From a virus, in the IMG/VR virus record IMGVR_UViG_3300021378_000004: a stretch of 64,000 nt of DNA; one strand, 5' to 3'. Under the pieces are notes generated by a model. The model did no database searches. It was not told the origin of the DNA and saw nothing but the letters and a program-made list of their open reading frames with translations. Position numbers and translations under genes: made by a program. This document shows, one piece after another, positions 9,798-19,471 of the stretch (position 1 is its first letter; the number at the start of each line of letters is the position of its first letter).

Positions 9798-9806
9798 GAG
9801 ATATTG

Positions 9807-10304
9807 ATGAAAACCTTTTTTCAATTTCGTAAAGATCTAAACGAAGCAAAATTTGCTGGTAGTACCATTAAGATGTTTGGTCAAAGTAATCGTAAGAAAC
9901 CTGTAAAGAAAGAAGCTTCTTGTCAAAAACCTATTAAGAAAGAAGATACAAGTTTTAAAGTTTCTATTGATGGATTACCAGATATGTATATGAACGATAA
10001 AACACCAGGTGCGTTATTGCAAAAGCTTCGTAAGATTGTTAAACAACCATCAATGATAAAAGATGTTGATAGAACTACTACAAACAAAGTTAAGAAAGCA
10101 TATAGAGATAAAGCACAAGGTAGAGAAGTTAAAGAATACAAATATGATTATGGTACACCGGAATCTGTAAAGCTTATGAAGAAAGTAACTCCTGGCGAAA
10201 AAGAAGAAGGTTATGTATCTATGGCTCAACAACGTGCCGTATGGGCTAATCGTAAAGACGGTGGCAAAGGACATCCTGATAATAAGAAAAAAAGGAAAAA
10301 GTAA
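9807..10304 (+). CDS. modular basic protein, probable internal head protein
   Basis: N-terminus MKTFFQFRKDLNE resembles the T4 capsid targeting sequence. Confidence 0.6.
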   Translation: MKTFFQFRKDLNEAKFAGSTIKMFGQSNRKKPVKKEASCQKPIKKEDTSFKVSIDGLPDMYMNDKTPGALLQKLRKIVKQPSMIKDVDRTTTNKVKKAYRDKAQGREVKEYKYDYGTPESVKLMKKVTPGEKEEGYVSMAQQRAVWANRKDGGKGHPDNKKKRKK

Positions 10305-10600
10305 TGAGCTTAGATAGATTTAAAACATTTATAGAAGCTCGAGGAGCAGATTCTAAAGGTCATTTTAGATCTACTAAATCTGGTGCTGGTATGACTGCAA
10401 AAGGTGTGGCAGCTCATCGTAGAAAGAATCCTGGTAGTAAATTACAAACTGCTGTTACTGGAAAAGTAAAAGCTGGAAGTAAAGCTGCTGGTAGACGTAA
10501 ATCATTTTGTGCTCGTATGAGTGGTATGAAAGGCCCGATGAAAGATGAAAAGGGTAGACCTACTCGTAAAGCTATGTCTCTAAAAAGGTGGAAATGTTAA
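10304..10600 (+). CDS. DUF6321-like small basic protein
   Basis: GMTAKGVAA..NPGSKL..RRKSFCARM..W-C motif. Confidence 0.7.
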   Translation: MSLDRFKTFIEARGADSKGHFRSTKSGAGMTAKGVAAHRRKNPGSKLQTAVTGKVKAGSKAAGRRKSFCARMSGMKGPMKDEKGRPTRKAMSLKRWKC

Positions 10601-10602
10601 CA

Positions 10603-10764
10603 ATGAAAAACTGGATAACAAAAAGAATTAAAGAACGAACAAGTATGGACGGAGCAGTTTGTATTGCTCTTGGTCTTATGATTTTATTTTTAGCGCCTTT
10701 GGCTAAGATTGCAGCAGGTCTTGCAATTGCTTATGGCGTATGGACTATTTGGAAAGGTGAATAA
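10603..10764 (+). CDS. small 2-TM membrane protein (holin-like candidate)
   Basis: Hand-translated MKNWITKRIKERTSMDGAVCIALGL... Confidence 0.55.
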   Translation: MKNWITKRIKERTSMDGAVCIALGLMILFLAPLAKIAAGLAIAYGVWTIWKGE

Positions 10765-10905
10765 ATGGCAAAAGCATTTAAAACTGTTTTAGAACACGAA
10801 GTTATTAAGCACGGAACTTCAATAGGTCGCAGACCAAACACTTCTACTATGAACAAACATAAAAGAAGAAGTCTAAAAAAATACAGAGGTCAGGGAAAAA
10901 ACTAG
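10765..10905 (+). CDS. small basic protein (46 aa)
   Basis: Hand-translated, ends KKYRGQGKN, a pattern seen in T4-like small proteins. Confidence 0.6.
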   Translation: MAKAFKTVLEHEVIKHGTSIGRRPNTSTMNKHKRRSLKKYRGQGKN

Positions 10906-11186
10906 TGGCAATAGAATCAAACGAAACTAGACTCGATAGAATCGAAAGTAAGATAGATAAGCTTGCAGATGCTATGATATCTTTAGCAAGAGCAGAGGAG
11001 AAGATAATAGCATTACAAGACGATCACGATAATATGAGAGACAGAATGAATAAACTCTCTGTCAAATTAGATGACATACAGAAAGCTGTTGACGATAACG
11101 CAAGAACTGTAAGTCTTATAAATAAAGTGGTATACGCTGCAATGGTTGCAGCAGTAGGAGCCTATGTGGCCCACATGTGGATGTAA
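10905..11186 (+). CDS. coiled-coil protein with C-terminal TM helix
   Basis: Heptad pattern, hydrophobic C-terminus. Confidence 0.65.
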   Translation: MAIESNETRLDRIESKIDKLADAMISLARAEEKIIALQDDHDNMRDRMNKLSVKLDDIQKAVDDNARTVSLINKVVYAAMVAAVGAYVAHMWM

Positions 11187-11197
11187 AGGAGAAACCA

Positions 11198-13252
11198 ATG
11201 TTCAGTAATAATCCATTCAGAATACATAGGGCCATAGATCAGGTCCTAAACGAAAGTAAATTTTTAATTCCGGAAGAAATACCTGCAAATGAAAGAACAG
11301 CATTTCATGGTGCAGCTGCAGGCGCTGCTAAAGATGGTAAGACATCTTTTAGTTTTGCTGGTAAAAAATATCCAGTAACTATGAAAAAAGATTTAGCAAA
11401 TAAAATTGCAGATCAAAAAGAAGCAACACACACTACTGACTTTTTTGTAGGACATAAACACGCTGCAAAAGCTGGTATGGGAGTTAAAGTACATAGTAAA
11501 GGTGCAGATGGAGATAACGTAACTATATCTCATTCAGATCCTAAAAAATTACAAAAGTATGTTGACAATCATTTAGGTGGTGGCAAAATAAAAGAAGATG
11601 CAGGAATACCACACAAATACACTGTAGATTTGTATCATAAGAATCATGGTTCGCATGACTCGTTTATGAAAAAAGCAAAAGCTGCTGGAATTAATGCAAA
11701 ATATTCAGGTGTTAACGACGATGGCAAAGTAAAAGTATCTTTGAATCATCATGATAATTCAGATGGCGGAACTATACATAAATTTCTTAAAAAGCACTAT
11801 GATAAAGATATGACTCATAGTAATATGCAAACTATGAAAACAGGATCTTCATCAGTACAGAAAGAAGTTACAGCACGATCATCTGGATATGGTATAAGAA
11901 ATAAAGTTTCAGATATGCCAGGTGTAGATTACAGTTGGAGAGATAAGTATAAAGGTGGTGTTGCATCTAAAGACGCTCTTAAAAAAGTTAGAGCAAAATC
12001 AGACGCAAAACGAGCTGAGTATAGAAAAAAAATGGGTATGAAAGAAGACTTTATGAATGAAGAATATAGTAAAACTAATAAAGCGTCTATAACTATTAAA
12101 CATGGTTATGACGAAGGTGATGGTCCAGATAACAAGAAATTTGCAAAGTATATTAATAAAAATACAGGCGCTACAGTTAAGCATCATAAAGATGGTTCAA
12201 CAATGTCATTTCATGGAAGCGATCATCAAATACATAAAGCCTTACAACATCATCACTCTGATGACAAAAAAGGATTAGGTGATTTGAATTATCATAAAAA
12301 AGGTATGACTCATTCTGACGACCACGTTGATGGTCAGCATTCTTATAAAGCTGAAGGTACAACTTTTAGAGAAAAGTTAATGTCTATATATGAGAACGAT
12401 AAAGCTTCTCATTACAAAAGCGCAACAAAGCCAGAAACTATGGACGATCAACTTAAAGGCGCTGGTGCTAAACAGATGAAAGCTGATCTTACAGGCGGTG
12501 ATACTAAACCAGCCGATATGGAAAAGCAATCACACGCAGATGCAGCAAAAGCAGGTAGAGCTGGACCAGGTACAAAAGCTAGAACTAATGATAATAAAAA
12601 AGGCGATAAGAAAGCTATGGCATCAGCCACACCAGTAAACGATCCTACAGCAAAAATTGTTAGGATGGAAGCTAAAGAGCTTCCGCATCAAGAAGCAATA
12701 GATGATCATAGATCTCACTCGCGCGAACATAAAGACAACCGCTTCGATAATCCTAAAACTTCAGGTAAGCATCATATGGCTGCTTATCATGCCCACCAGG
12801 ATGCTGCAGATCATCTAGAAAATGGTCGCATAAAAGAAGCTAAAGCTTCTGCAGAGAAAGCTCTTGATCATGCTAAAAAAGCAAAAGCTGCTGGTGGAGA
12901 AGATCATGTAGGTGAAACTGCTAATATTTTAAAAAAGCATCATTCAGCAAAAACAGAAGCTTATGGAATATCAGGAAACAAAATATCAAGTAGTTTACTA
13001 GCTGCTATTGCAATGGTTGGAGAAGACTATACTCACGAAATTGATGTAATGGATGATCATGTAAAGAAAATTGTATCTAGTGCTAAGAAAGCTGGTATTA
13101 AAGCAAAGATTCATACTATGAACGGACCGGGTGGTGGTAATCCAGTTGTTCATATTGGACACAAAGACGACGATCATGTGCATAAATTCTTGAAAAAGCA
13201 TTATGATCCAGATTTTAAAAAATCTGATTTGAAACATCATAAAATAGGGTAA
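11198..13252 (+). CDS. His/Lys-rich modular polyprotein, probable internal head protein
   Basis: Start after AAGGAG; repeated ~60-70 aa domains ending HKFLKKHY-like. Confidence 0.65.
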   Translation: MFSNNPFRIHRAIDQVLNESKFLIPEEIPANERTAFHGAAAGAAKDGKTSFSFAGKKYPVTMKKDLANKIADQKEATHTTDFFVGHKHAAKAGMGVKVHSKGADGDNVTISHSDPKKLQKYVDNHLGGGKIKEDAGIPHKYTVDLYHKNHGSHDSFMKKAKAAGINAKYSGVNDDGKVKVSLNHHDNSDGGTIHKFLKKHYDKDMTHSNMQTMKTGSSSVQKEVTARSSGYGIRNKVSDMPGVDYSWRDKYKGGVASKDALKKVRAKSDAKRAEYRKKMGMKEDFMNEEYSKTNKASITIKHGYDEGDGPDNKKFAKYINKNTGATVKHHKDGSTMSFHGSDHQIHKALQHHHSDDKKGLGDLNYHKKGMTHSDDHVDGQHSYKAEGTTFREKLMSIYENDKASHYKSATKPETMDDQLKGAGAKQMKADLTGGDTKPADMEKQSHADAAKAGRAGPGTKARTNDNKKGDKKAMASATPVNDPTAKIVRMEAKELPHQEAIDDHRSHSREHKDNRFDNPKTSGKHHMAAYHAHQDAADHLENGRIKEAKASAEKALDHAKKAKAAGGEDHVGETANILKKHHSAKTEAYGISGNKISSSLLAAIAMVGEDYTHEIDVMDDHVKKIVSSAKKAGIKAKIHTMNGPGGGNPVVHIGHKDDDHVHKFLKKHYDPDFKKSDLKHHKIG

Positions 13253-13256
13253 TAAT

Positions 13257-13619
13257 ATGCAAGCACCAAATTATCAAAAAGATGCTATTCCAACTCCAAT
13301 AAATGATCCTACAGCAAAGATCGTTAAAACAGAAGCTTATGGAATATCAGGAAACAAAATATCTAGTAATCTATTAGATGCTATATCAATGGTTGAAGAT
13401 ATGAATAAAGTTCATACTGTTGATATTGATCACATGACAGGTACTGCTGGTTCACATGAAAAAAAACATGGTATTACTTTAAAGAAAAGTAAAAACTATG
13501 ATAATACAAGAGGAATGATGGCAACTGATGCAACTGGTACTAAAGCTAACTTACAAAAATATTTAAAGAAACATTATGATGGGGATCATAAAGAAATGCA
13601 CCCTGAAATTTATAAGTAA
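13257..13619 (+). CDS. chimeric paralog of the neighbouring genes
   Basis: Built from DNA segments identical to both flanking genes. Confidence 0.65.
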   Translation: MQAPNYQKDAIPTPINDPTAKIVKTEAYGISGNKISSNLLDAISMVEDMNKVHTVDIDHMTGTAGSHEKKHGITLKKSKNYDNTRGMMATDATGTKANLQKYLKKHYDGDHKEMHPEIYK

Positions 13620-13629
13620 AGGAAATATA

Positions 13630-13959
13630 ATGCAAGCACCAAATTATCAAAAAGATGCTATTCCAACTCCTCAGGGTTGGAGGCATCCTAGAACTGGAGA
13701 GCTCTTAGTTTCTATGAAAATATCCGAAGCTGCGATTAATGAGTACTTAGGCGTTAGTCCTGAGCCACAAATGTTAAAAGAAGCTCCTACTAATTTTCAA
13801 GAAGCTAAAGTCGAACTTATGGTTGAAGACAATTTACCTAGTGAATACGAAAGTATGACAAAAGCTGAATTGGAATCAATAGGAAGAGATCACGGCGTTG
13901 AACTAGACAGAAGAAAATCAAAAGCAGCATTAATACAAGAATTAAAAGAGATACTTTAA
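13630..13959 (+). CDS. hypothetical protein with C-terminal Rho-N/SAP-like helical motif
   Basis: MTKAELESIGRDHGVELDRRKSKAALI; start at 13630 after AAGGA. Confidence 0.65.
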   Translation: MQAPNYQKDAIPTPQGWRHPRTGELLVSMKISEAAINEYLGVSPEPQMLKEAPTNFQEAKVELMVEDNLPSEYESMTKAELESIGRDHGVELDRRKSKAALIQELKEIL

Positions 13960-13978
13960 TAATTGAATATATAATTTT

Positions 13979-14347
13979 ATGATGATTTTTAAAGAACTGA
14001 CTGAAAAAAACTTGTTCTTATACGCAGCTAAGCATTATAAGAATCCTAAGTTTGCTGACATTGAAGAGTTTTATGAAGACTTAAAAAGATTTAAGTATAT
14101 AAAGCGATTATTAAATCGTTATATAGAAACAGATGATCTAGCTTATAGATTATTGTTAAATCATTTTATAGTTGTTTTTAATGTTTTTGGTATTGAAGCT
14201 GCTCTTGAAATATTAGAATTAAAACTTGAAAAACAACATTGGCCGATTGTAAAACCGTTTTTAATTTTTTTAAGTTATATAAAAAATGATCAATATATTG
14301 GTGTTACTATGGATCCATACGTTGTAGATAAGTTAAGGAAAATTTAA
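13979..14347 (+). CDS. conserved T4-like hypothetical protein
   Basis: EFYEDLKRFKYIKRLL..RLLLNH pattern familiar from marine T4-likes. Confidence 0.7.
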   Translation: MMIFKELTEKNLFLYAAKHYKNPKFADIEEFYEDLKRFKYIKRLLNRYIETDDLAYRLLLNHFIVVFNVFGIEAALEILELKLEKQHWPIVKPFLIFLSYIKNDQYIGVTMDPYVVDKLRKI

Positions 14348-14934
14348 TGGGAATACTTAAAGGTGCAGCTGATACAGTATACGCATTTCGTTTTATACGA
14401 ATGATGGTTATGGATTGGAAAAACTGGGACGCTTATAAAGAAGGACTTATTGACGAAAATGGTAAAAGAAATAAGGACGTGAAAATTGACACATCTGACA
14501 AAAGGTCTGCTTATACTCCTTTCGTTCGCCTTGTGGCTAACATCAAAAGGCTCGTCGCAAAACTTCCAGGAGGTGGAAGTAAACTCGGATCTTTTGCGTC
14601 AGCGCTTTATCTCGTTAAAGAAAAAGCAAACCTTAGTGAAAAAGGATTAACTAATATCTGTGAGAAATGTAATATAGAAGTATTAGATTTTTTAAATGAG
14701 AACAATCAATGGTTTCTATTAGAAAATAAACAATTATCACCAGGACTTTACAGAATACAGAATGCTAAATTATTAAATAAATCATGTAGTGAATTAGTGT
14801 GGGCTAAAGATCAAATAAGAATAAAAGAAGATTGTTATCCTATTGGAGATGTTTTTGGTGTAGATATATATGAAGCAACACACATTAAAACAAATCAAGA
14901 TGTTTATATAACTGCAGGAGAACTGATACGATGA
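14347..14934 (+). CDS. conserved T4-like hypothetical protein
   Basis: AYKEGLIDENG..AYTPFVRLVANIKR. Confidence 0.65.
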   Translation: MGILKGAADTVYAFRFIRMMVMDWKNWDAYKEGLIDENGKRNKDVKIDTSDKRSAYTPFVRLVANIKRLVAKLPGGGSKLGSFASALYLVKEKANLSEKGLTNICEKCNIEVLDFLNENNQWFLLENKQLSPGLYRIQNAKLLNKSCSELVWAKDQIRIKEDCYPIGDVFGVDIYEATHIKTNQDVYITAGELIR

Positions 14935-15413
14935 GGGTAGCTGGTAGGCAAAAAGGGAGTAAGATCAAAACTTACACTCATGTTGTAGTAAATCCTAATG
15001 CTCCAAAGTCAAGATACACTTTTAGTATGCATAGTTCAGAAGCAGGTGCAAAGAAAGCTGCTGAAAAATATTCACCGTTAGTAGGCGATGATTTAAAAGT
15101 AGTTAAACAAACTGGAAGGAGCCCGAGTACAGATATGTTTGAGGAAAAAATAGAAGAATCATTGTGGGATAATATAAGAAAAAGAAGAGCAGCAGGAAAA
15201 CGTAAGTTAAAGCCTGGTGATAAAAATTATCCTAAAACTCTTAAAGTGGGTGAAGATGTACCTTCAACAAACACTTCATCTATACCTAATCCTGCTACTA
15301 CGGCAATGGGTCCTAGACTAAAAACTACAACTATGCATGATAAACGTAGAAAAAAAGATCAGTTCCCAGTACTACTAAAAAGATTTAGAAAATATATAGA
15401 AGATCATGGCTAG
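14931..15413 (+). CDS. modular basic hypothetical protein
   Basis: Coupled ORF; IEE|SLWDNIRKRR module. Confidence 0.6.
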   Translation: MRVAGRQKGSKIKTYTHVVVNPNAPKSRYTFSMHSSEAGAKKAAEKYSPLVGDDLKVVKQTGRSPSTDMFEEKIEESLWDNIRKRRAAGKRKLKPGDKNYPKTLKVGEDVPSTNTSSIPNPATTAMGPRLKTTTMHDKRRKKDQFPVLLKRFRKYIEDHG

Positions 15414-15906
15414 GCTATATCTTTTAATATTTATTGTCGGCATAATTGGTATAGTAGGTTATGGCGCTAAATATTATTACGACACAACACAAAATAGAAT
15501 AGCTGTTCTTACAAAGAATAATACTACGTTAAAAGTAGCAATTGAAACATCTGAAAAAAGTATTAATAATTTAAAAGTTAATATTGCTAAGATGGCTACT
15601 TTAAACAAAGCACTACAAGTTGATTTACAAAAAGCCGAAGCATATAGAGATGAATTAAGATCTAAGTTAAGTAAATTAGATTTAGTAGTTGAAGCTTTAA
15701 AAGATTCAAAAGTTTTAGAAGGAAAGATGAATGGCGCAAGTTATACATTGTGGCAAGGTATCATGGAAGAAACTGGTAATACTAATAAGTCTGATAAGCC
15801 TAGCTGGTTGCAGCGGCCTCAGGATGGAACCGGAAATAAAGACGGTAACAAAGATAGAACAAATAACAATACCAGTAGTAGCGAGACCAAAGCCATTAAA
15901 CCTTAG
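15406..15906 (+). CDS. putative i-spanin (Rz-like)
   Basis: N-terminal TM plus long coiled coil, overlapped by a lipoprotein ORF. Confidence 0.7.
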   Translation: MARLYLLIFIVGIIGIVGYGAKYYYDTTQNRIAVLTKNNTTLKVAIETSEKSINNLKVNIAKMATLNKALQVDLQKAEAYRDELRSKLSKLDLVVEALKDSKVLEGKMNGASYTLWQGIMEETGNTNKSDKPSWLQRPQDGTGNKDGNKDRTNNNTSSSETKAIKP

Positions 15907-16123
15907 TGATACAAGAGTATTTGTAGTCACAAAAGATAATTATGAAGAGTTTGTAAAAGACTTTAAAGAAGTTTATGGCGAATTAGCTTATGTCGCATTA
16001 AGCATGAAAGATTATGAAAACTTAGCAATTAATATCGCAGAGATGAGAAGATATTTAAATCAACAAAAAGAAATTATAGTATATTATGAAAAGGCAGTAA
16101 AACCTAAAGAGGAGAAAAAATAA
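15731..16123 (+). CDS. putative o-spanin lipoprotein (Rz1-like)
   Basis: Lipobox LAGC, 5' end overlapping the i-spanin in another frame. Confidence 0.7.
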   Translation: MAQVIHCGKVSWKKLVILISLISLAGCSGLRMEPEIKTVTKIEQITIPVVARPKPLNLSDTRVFVVTKDNYEEFVKDFKEVYGELAYVALSMKDYENLAINIAEMRRYLNQQKEIIVYYEKAVKPKEEKK

Positions 16124-16710
16124 TGGAATTTATAATAGATCAACTAGTCACATGGTGGCAATTTACGATTGTCGGTGTATTAATTATCATTGGTTTTATA
16201 ATTAATATGTTTGGTGTTGATTGTGATGATGTCATTATTGGATTTGAATATAAAGAAATGCCAAAGCTACAACCTATAGCAATACCTACTGCAGGTAAAG
16301 GTTTTTGGGGAGCAATATGGATGTGGCTAATGGGCACACGTAATTGGAAACTTGCAGAAGATTGGCAGTTTAGAATGGAAGGAACTTGGTTTGTCATTCC
16401 AGCAGGATTTACTTTTGATGGTGCATCTATTCCAAAATTCTTACATACATGGTTATCACCCACAGGTGTATTGTTAATGGGTGGATTAGTACATGACTTT
16501 GCATACAAGTATGAAACATTATTGAAAAAAAATAAAAAGGAAACTATAGGAAATATTACTCAGAAGAAAGCAGATTTAATATTTCGTGATATAAACATTG
16601 AGCAAAACGGATTTCATCTATTAAATAAATTAGCCTATTGGGCATTAAGAATAGGTGGGTTTGTTGCATGGAATGGACATAGAAAAGTGAATGCCAAAAT
16701 AGGAGAATAA
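16123..16710 (+). CDS. DUF1353 family protein with N-terminal TM
   Basis: IPAGFTFDGASIP...LVHDFAY...KADLIF. Confidence 0.85.
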   Translation: MEFIIDQLVTWWQFTIVGVLIIIGFIINMFGVDCDDVIIGFEYKEMPKLQPIAIPTAGKGFWGAIWMWLMGTRNWKLAEDWQFRMEGTWFVIPAGFTFDGASIPKFLHTWLSPTGVLLMGGLVHDFAYKYETLLKKNKKETIGNITQKKADLIFRDINIEQNGFHLLNKLAYWALRIGGFVAWNGHRKVNAKIGE

Positions 16711-16711
16711 C

Positions 16712-16930
16712 ATGAACGTAGGCGAACAAATAATATTAGCAGCTAGAAAACAAGCTGAAGGTGAACTTGAAATTCACAAAGCAAATATTGAAGTATATAG
16801 AACTATGCCAGCTGGTATAGGTGAACATGGAGACATTACAGAAGCAGTAATAGCAGAACTAGATAAGATGTCAGCAGCGTATGACAGAATTGAAATGATT
16901 GAAAAATTCTTTTCGAAAAAACACAATTAA
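16712..16930 (+). CDS. conserved small hypothetical protein
   Basis: ANIEVY..PAGIGEH.D motif. Confidence 0.7.
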   Translation: MNVGEQIILAARKQAEGELEIHKANIEVYRTMPAGIGEHGDITEAVIAELDKMSAAYDRIEMIEKFFSKKHN

Positions 16931-16934
16931 TTCC

Positions 16935-16963
16935 TTTACAAAACTAGTTTTTTAATATATAAT
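16935..16963 (+). promoter_or_regulatory. early/middle sigma70-type promoter of RNR
   Basis: ttccTTTACA-N17-TATAAT. Confidence 0.75.
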
Positions 16964-16998
16964 AGATACAATAATCAAAAAAGATAAGAGGGATAGAA

Positions 16999-19212
16999 AT
17001 GCAACAATTTGTTGACACAAGGAATTTTTTGTCTGAAACTAAGTTTTACGAAGGCTATTCTCGTTATATGGAAAGCGATGGTAGATACGAAACTTGGGAT
17101 GAGGCAGTAGATCGTGTAATAGACATGCACGAACAAAATTATATTACTAATAATAACAGATTACAGCCATTTGTAGAAGAAGCTCGTACTGCATATAAAG
17201 AACAACGCGTTCTTGGTGCACAACGTGCTTTACAGTTTGGTGGTGATCAATTAATGAAACATCAAATGAGGATGTATAATTGTACATCGTCGTATGTAAA
17301 TAGACCAGAATTTTTTGGTGAAGTATTTTATATATTATTATGTGGTGCAGGTGCAGGGTTCTCTGTACAAAAACATCATATTAAGAAATTACCAAAAATT
17401 CAAAATAGAACTAAACAAGCGAAAGGTTATATTGTTGAAGATTCTATAGAAGGTTGGGCTTCAGCATTAGACATATTAATGTCATCTTTCTTTGTAGGTG
17501 GAGGCAAATATCCAGACTATGAAGGAAGAAGAGTATTCTTTGATTTATCGCAAATAAGACCTAAAGGCGCAAAAATATCTGGTGGATTTAAAGCACCAGG
17601 ACCCGAAGGCTTACGTAAATCATTGGATAAAATAGAACACTTACTTCAAGGTATTGTAATAGATTCCAAAGAACCAAGTGAAATTAAACCTATAAATGCA
17701 TATGATATCACAATGCATGCAGCAGATGCAGTGTTATCTGGTGGCGTAAGAAGATCTGCCACTATTTGTCTTTTCTCACCAAACGATGAAGAAATGATGA
17801 ATGCTAAAACTGGTAATTGGTTCATGGAAAATCCACAAAGAGGCAGGTCTAATAACTCTGCAGTTATTGTAAGAGATAAGACTACTCCCGAAGAGTTTGG
17901 CAAAATTATGGAATCAGTCAAACAATTTGGAGAACCAGGATTCGTCTTCGTTGAATCTACAGAACATACTACAAATCCATGCGTGGAAATTGGTATGTAT
18001 CCTCAGATCAATGGTAAGTCAGGTTGGCAAGGTTGTAACCTAACTGAAATTAACGGAGGGAAATGCAATACCGAGGAGGACTTTTATAAGGCATGCCGAG
18101 CAGCGTCTATCCTCGGTACCCTACAAGCTGGGTACACAGACTTTAAATTCTTATCAGACACATCAAAAAAGATTTTTGACAGAGAAGCTTTACTTGGTGT
18201 ATCAATCACTGGATGGATGAATAATCCTGATATTCTTTTCAATGAAAAGATACTTGAAAAAGGTGCAGAGATTGTTAAAGAAGTTAATAAAGAAGTTGCA
18301 AGCATTATTAAAATTAATCCTGCAGCAAGAACAACGTGTGTAAAACCAAGTGGTAACGCTTCAGTGTTATTACAAACTGCCTCAGGTATTCATGCAGAAC
18401 ATTCTAATATGTATATACGTAATGTTCAAATGAATAAAGAATCTGAAATCACACAAGCTATTATGAAGCAAAATCCGTATATGGTAGAAGAATCAGTTTG
18501 GTCTTCTACTGGTACAGATGTTGTTGTTTCATTTCCAATACTACCTAAGAAAGGTTCAATGTATAAAGACGATCTATTAGGTATTAAACATTTAGAACTT
18601 GTTAAGAAAGCTCAAAAGCATTGGGTTGAAACTGGAACTAATGAAGATCTTTGTGCTGATGAAGGTATAAGACATAACGTATCAAATACTATTATTGTAG
18701 ATGATTGGGATGACGTAGAAAAATACGTATATGAAAATCGTGATGCTTTTGCTGGCATTTCATTCTTAGCTATGACTGGTGATAAAGACTATAATCAAGC
18801 TCCAAATACTGGTGTCATTGATGCTAAAACTATGGTAAAGAAATATGGTGAGGCTTCAATATTTGCATCTGGTATGGTAGTTGATGCTCTTAAAGTATAC
18901 CCAAATCTATGGGATGCGTGTTCAACTGCTCAAGGTTTTGGTTTAGACTTATCAGTCGAATCTTCAGAAAATTCTGCTAGAAAAGATTGGGTACGTAGAT
19001 TTGAAAACTTTGCAAATAATTATTGTGATGGAGATAAGAAAGCTTCAGAAGGTTGTTTAAAAGATGCTTACCTATTACATAAATGGAATAAGATTCAATC
19101 TAATTTAAAACAAATTAATTGGAAAGAAGATATAACAGAAAAGAAGTATACAGATGTTGATACCCTCGCAGCTGCTGCATGTGCAGGCGGTGAATGTGAA
19201 ATCGATTTCTAA
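16999..19212 (+). CDS. nrdJ: class II (adenosylcobalamin-dependent) ribonucleotide reductase
   Basis: YNC, GGVRRSA, TNPCVEI, GCNLTE, TCVKPSG, C-terminal CAGGEC; no beta subunit adjacent. Confidence 0.9.
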   Translation: MQQFVDTRNFLSETKFYEGYSRYMESDGRYETWDEAVDRVIDMHEQNYITNNNRLQPFVEEARTAYKEQRVLGAQRALQFGGDQLMKHQMRMYNCTSSYVNRPEFFGEVFYILLCGAGAGFSVQKHHIKKLPKIQNRTKQAKGYIVEDSIEGWASALDILMSSFFVGGGKYPDYEGRRVFFDLSQIRPKGAKISGGFKAPGPEGLRKSLDKIEHLLQGIVIDSKEPSEIKPINAYDITMHAADAVLSGGVRRSATICLFSPNDEEMMNAKTGNWFMENPQRGRSNNSAVIVRDKTTPEEFGKIMESVKQFGEPGFVFVESTEHTTNPCVEIGMYPQINGKSGWQGCNLTEINGGKCNTEEDFYKACRAASILGTLQAGYTDFKFLSDTSKKIFDREALLGVSITGWMNNPDILFNEKILEKGAEIVKEVNKEVASIIKINPAARTTCVKPSGNASVLLQTASGIHAEHSNMYIRNVQMNKESEITQAIMKQNPYMVEESVWSSTGTDVVVSFPILPKKGSMYKDDLLGIKHLELVKKAQKHWVETGTNEDLCADEGIRHNVSNTIIVDDWDDVEKYVYENRDAFAGISFLAMTGDKDYNQAPNTGVIDAKTMVKKYGEASIFASGMVVDALKVYPNLWDACSTAQGFGLDLSVESSENSARKDWVRRFENFANNYCDGDKKASEGCLKDAYLLHKWNKIQSNLKQINWKEDITEKKYTDVDTLAAAACAGGECEIDF

Positions 19213-19360
19213 GATAATTTCGCCGTGTGTGAAAGTCTGCAAAGTTGAAAACAAAGTATGTATTGGATGTGGAAGAACTACTCAGGAAATAGCTGAGTGG
19301 TTCAAAGCATCTGATAAAAGAAAGAGAGAGATCGTTGAAGGATTACGAAATAGAGTGTGA
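19154..19360 (+). CDS. DUF1289 family Cys-rich protein (true start probably GTG ~19196)
   Basis: SPCVKVC..CIGCGRT..EI.EW. Confidence 0.75.
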   Translation: MLIPSQLLHVQAVNVKSISKIISPCVKVCKVENKVCIGCGRTTQEIAEWFKASDKRKREIVEGLRNRV

Positions 19361-19460
19361 AGAATGCGATAACATATCTTATGTTGCTTCAGAAGAAAAA
19401 CCAAAATATTGTTCGTTATGTGGAAGAAGAGCTGAATCAGAAGAGGTTGATAAACCTTAA
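19335..19460 (+). CDS. small zinc-ribbon protein (41 aa)
   Basis: Hand-translated from TTG: CEEC...CSLCG. Confidence 0.6.
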   Translation: MKDYEIECEECDNISYVASEEKPKYCSLCGRRAESEEVDKP

Positions 19461-19471
19461 TAAATAATATT

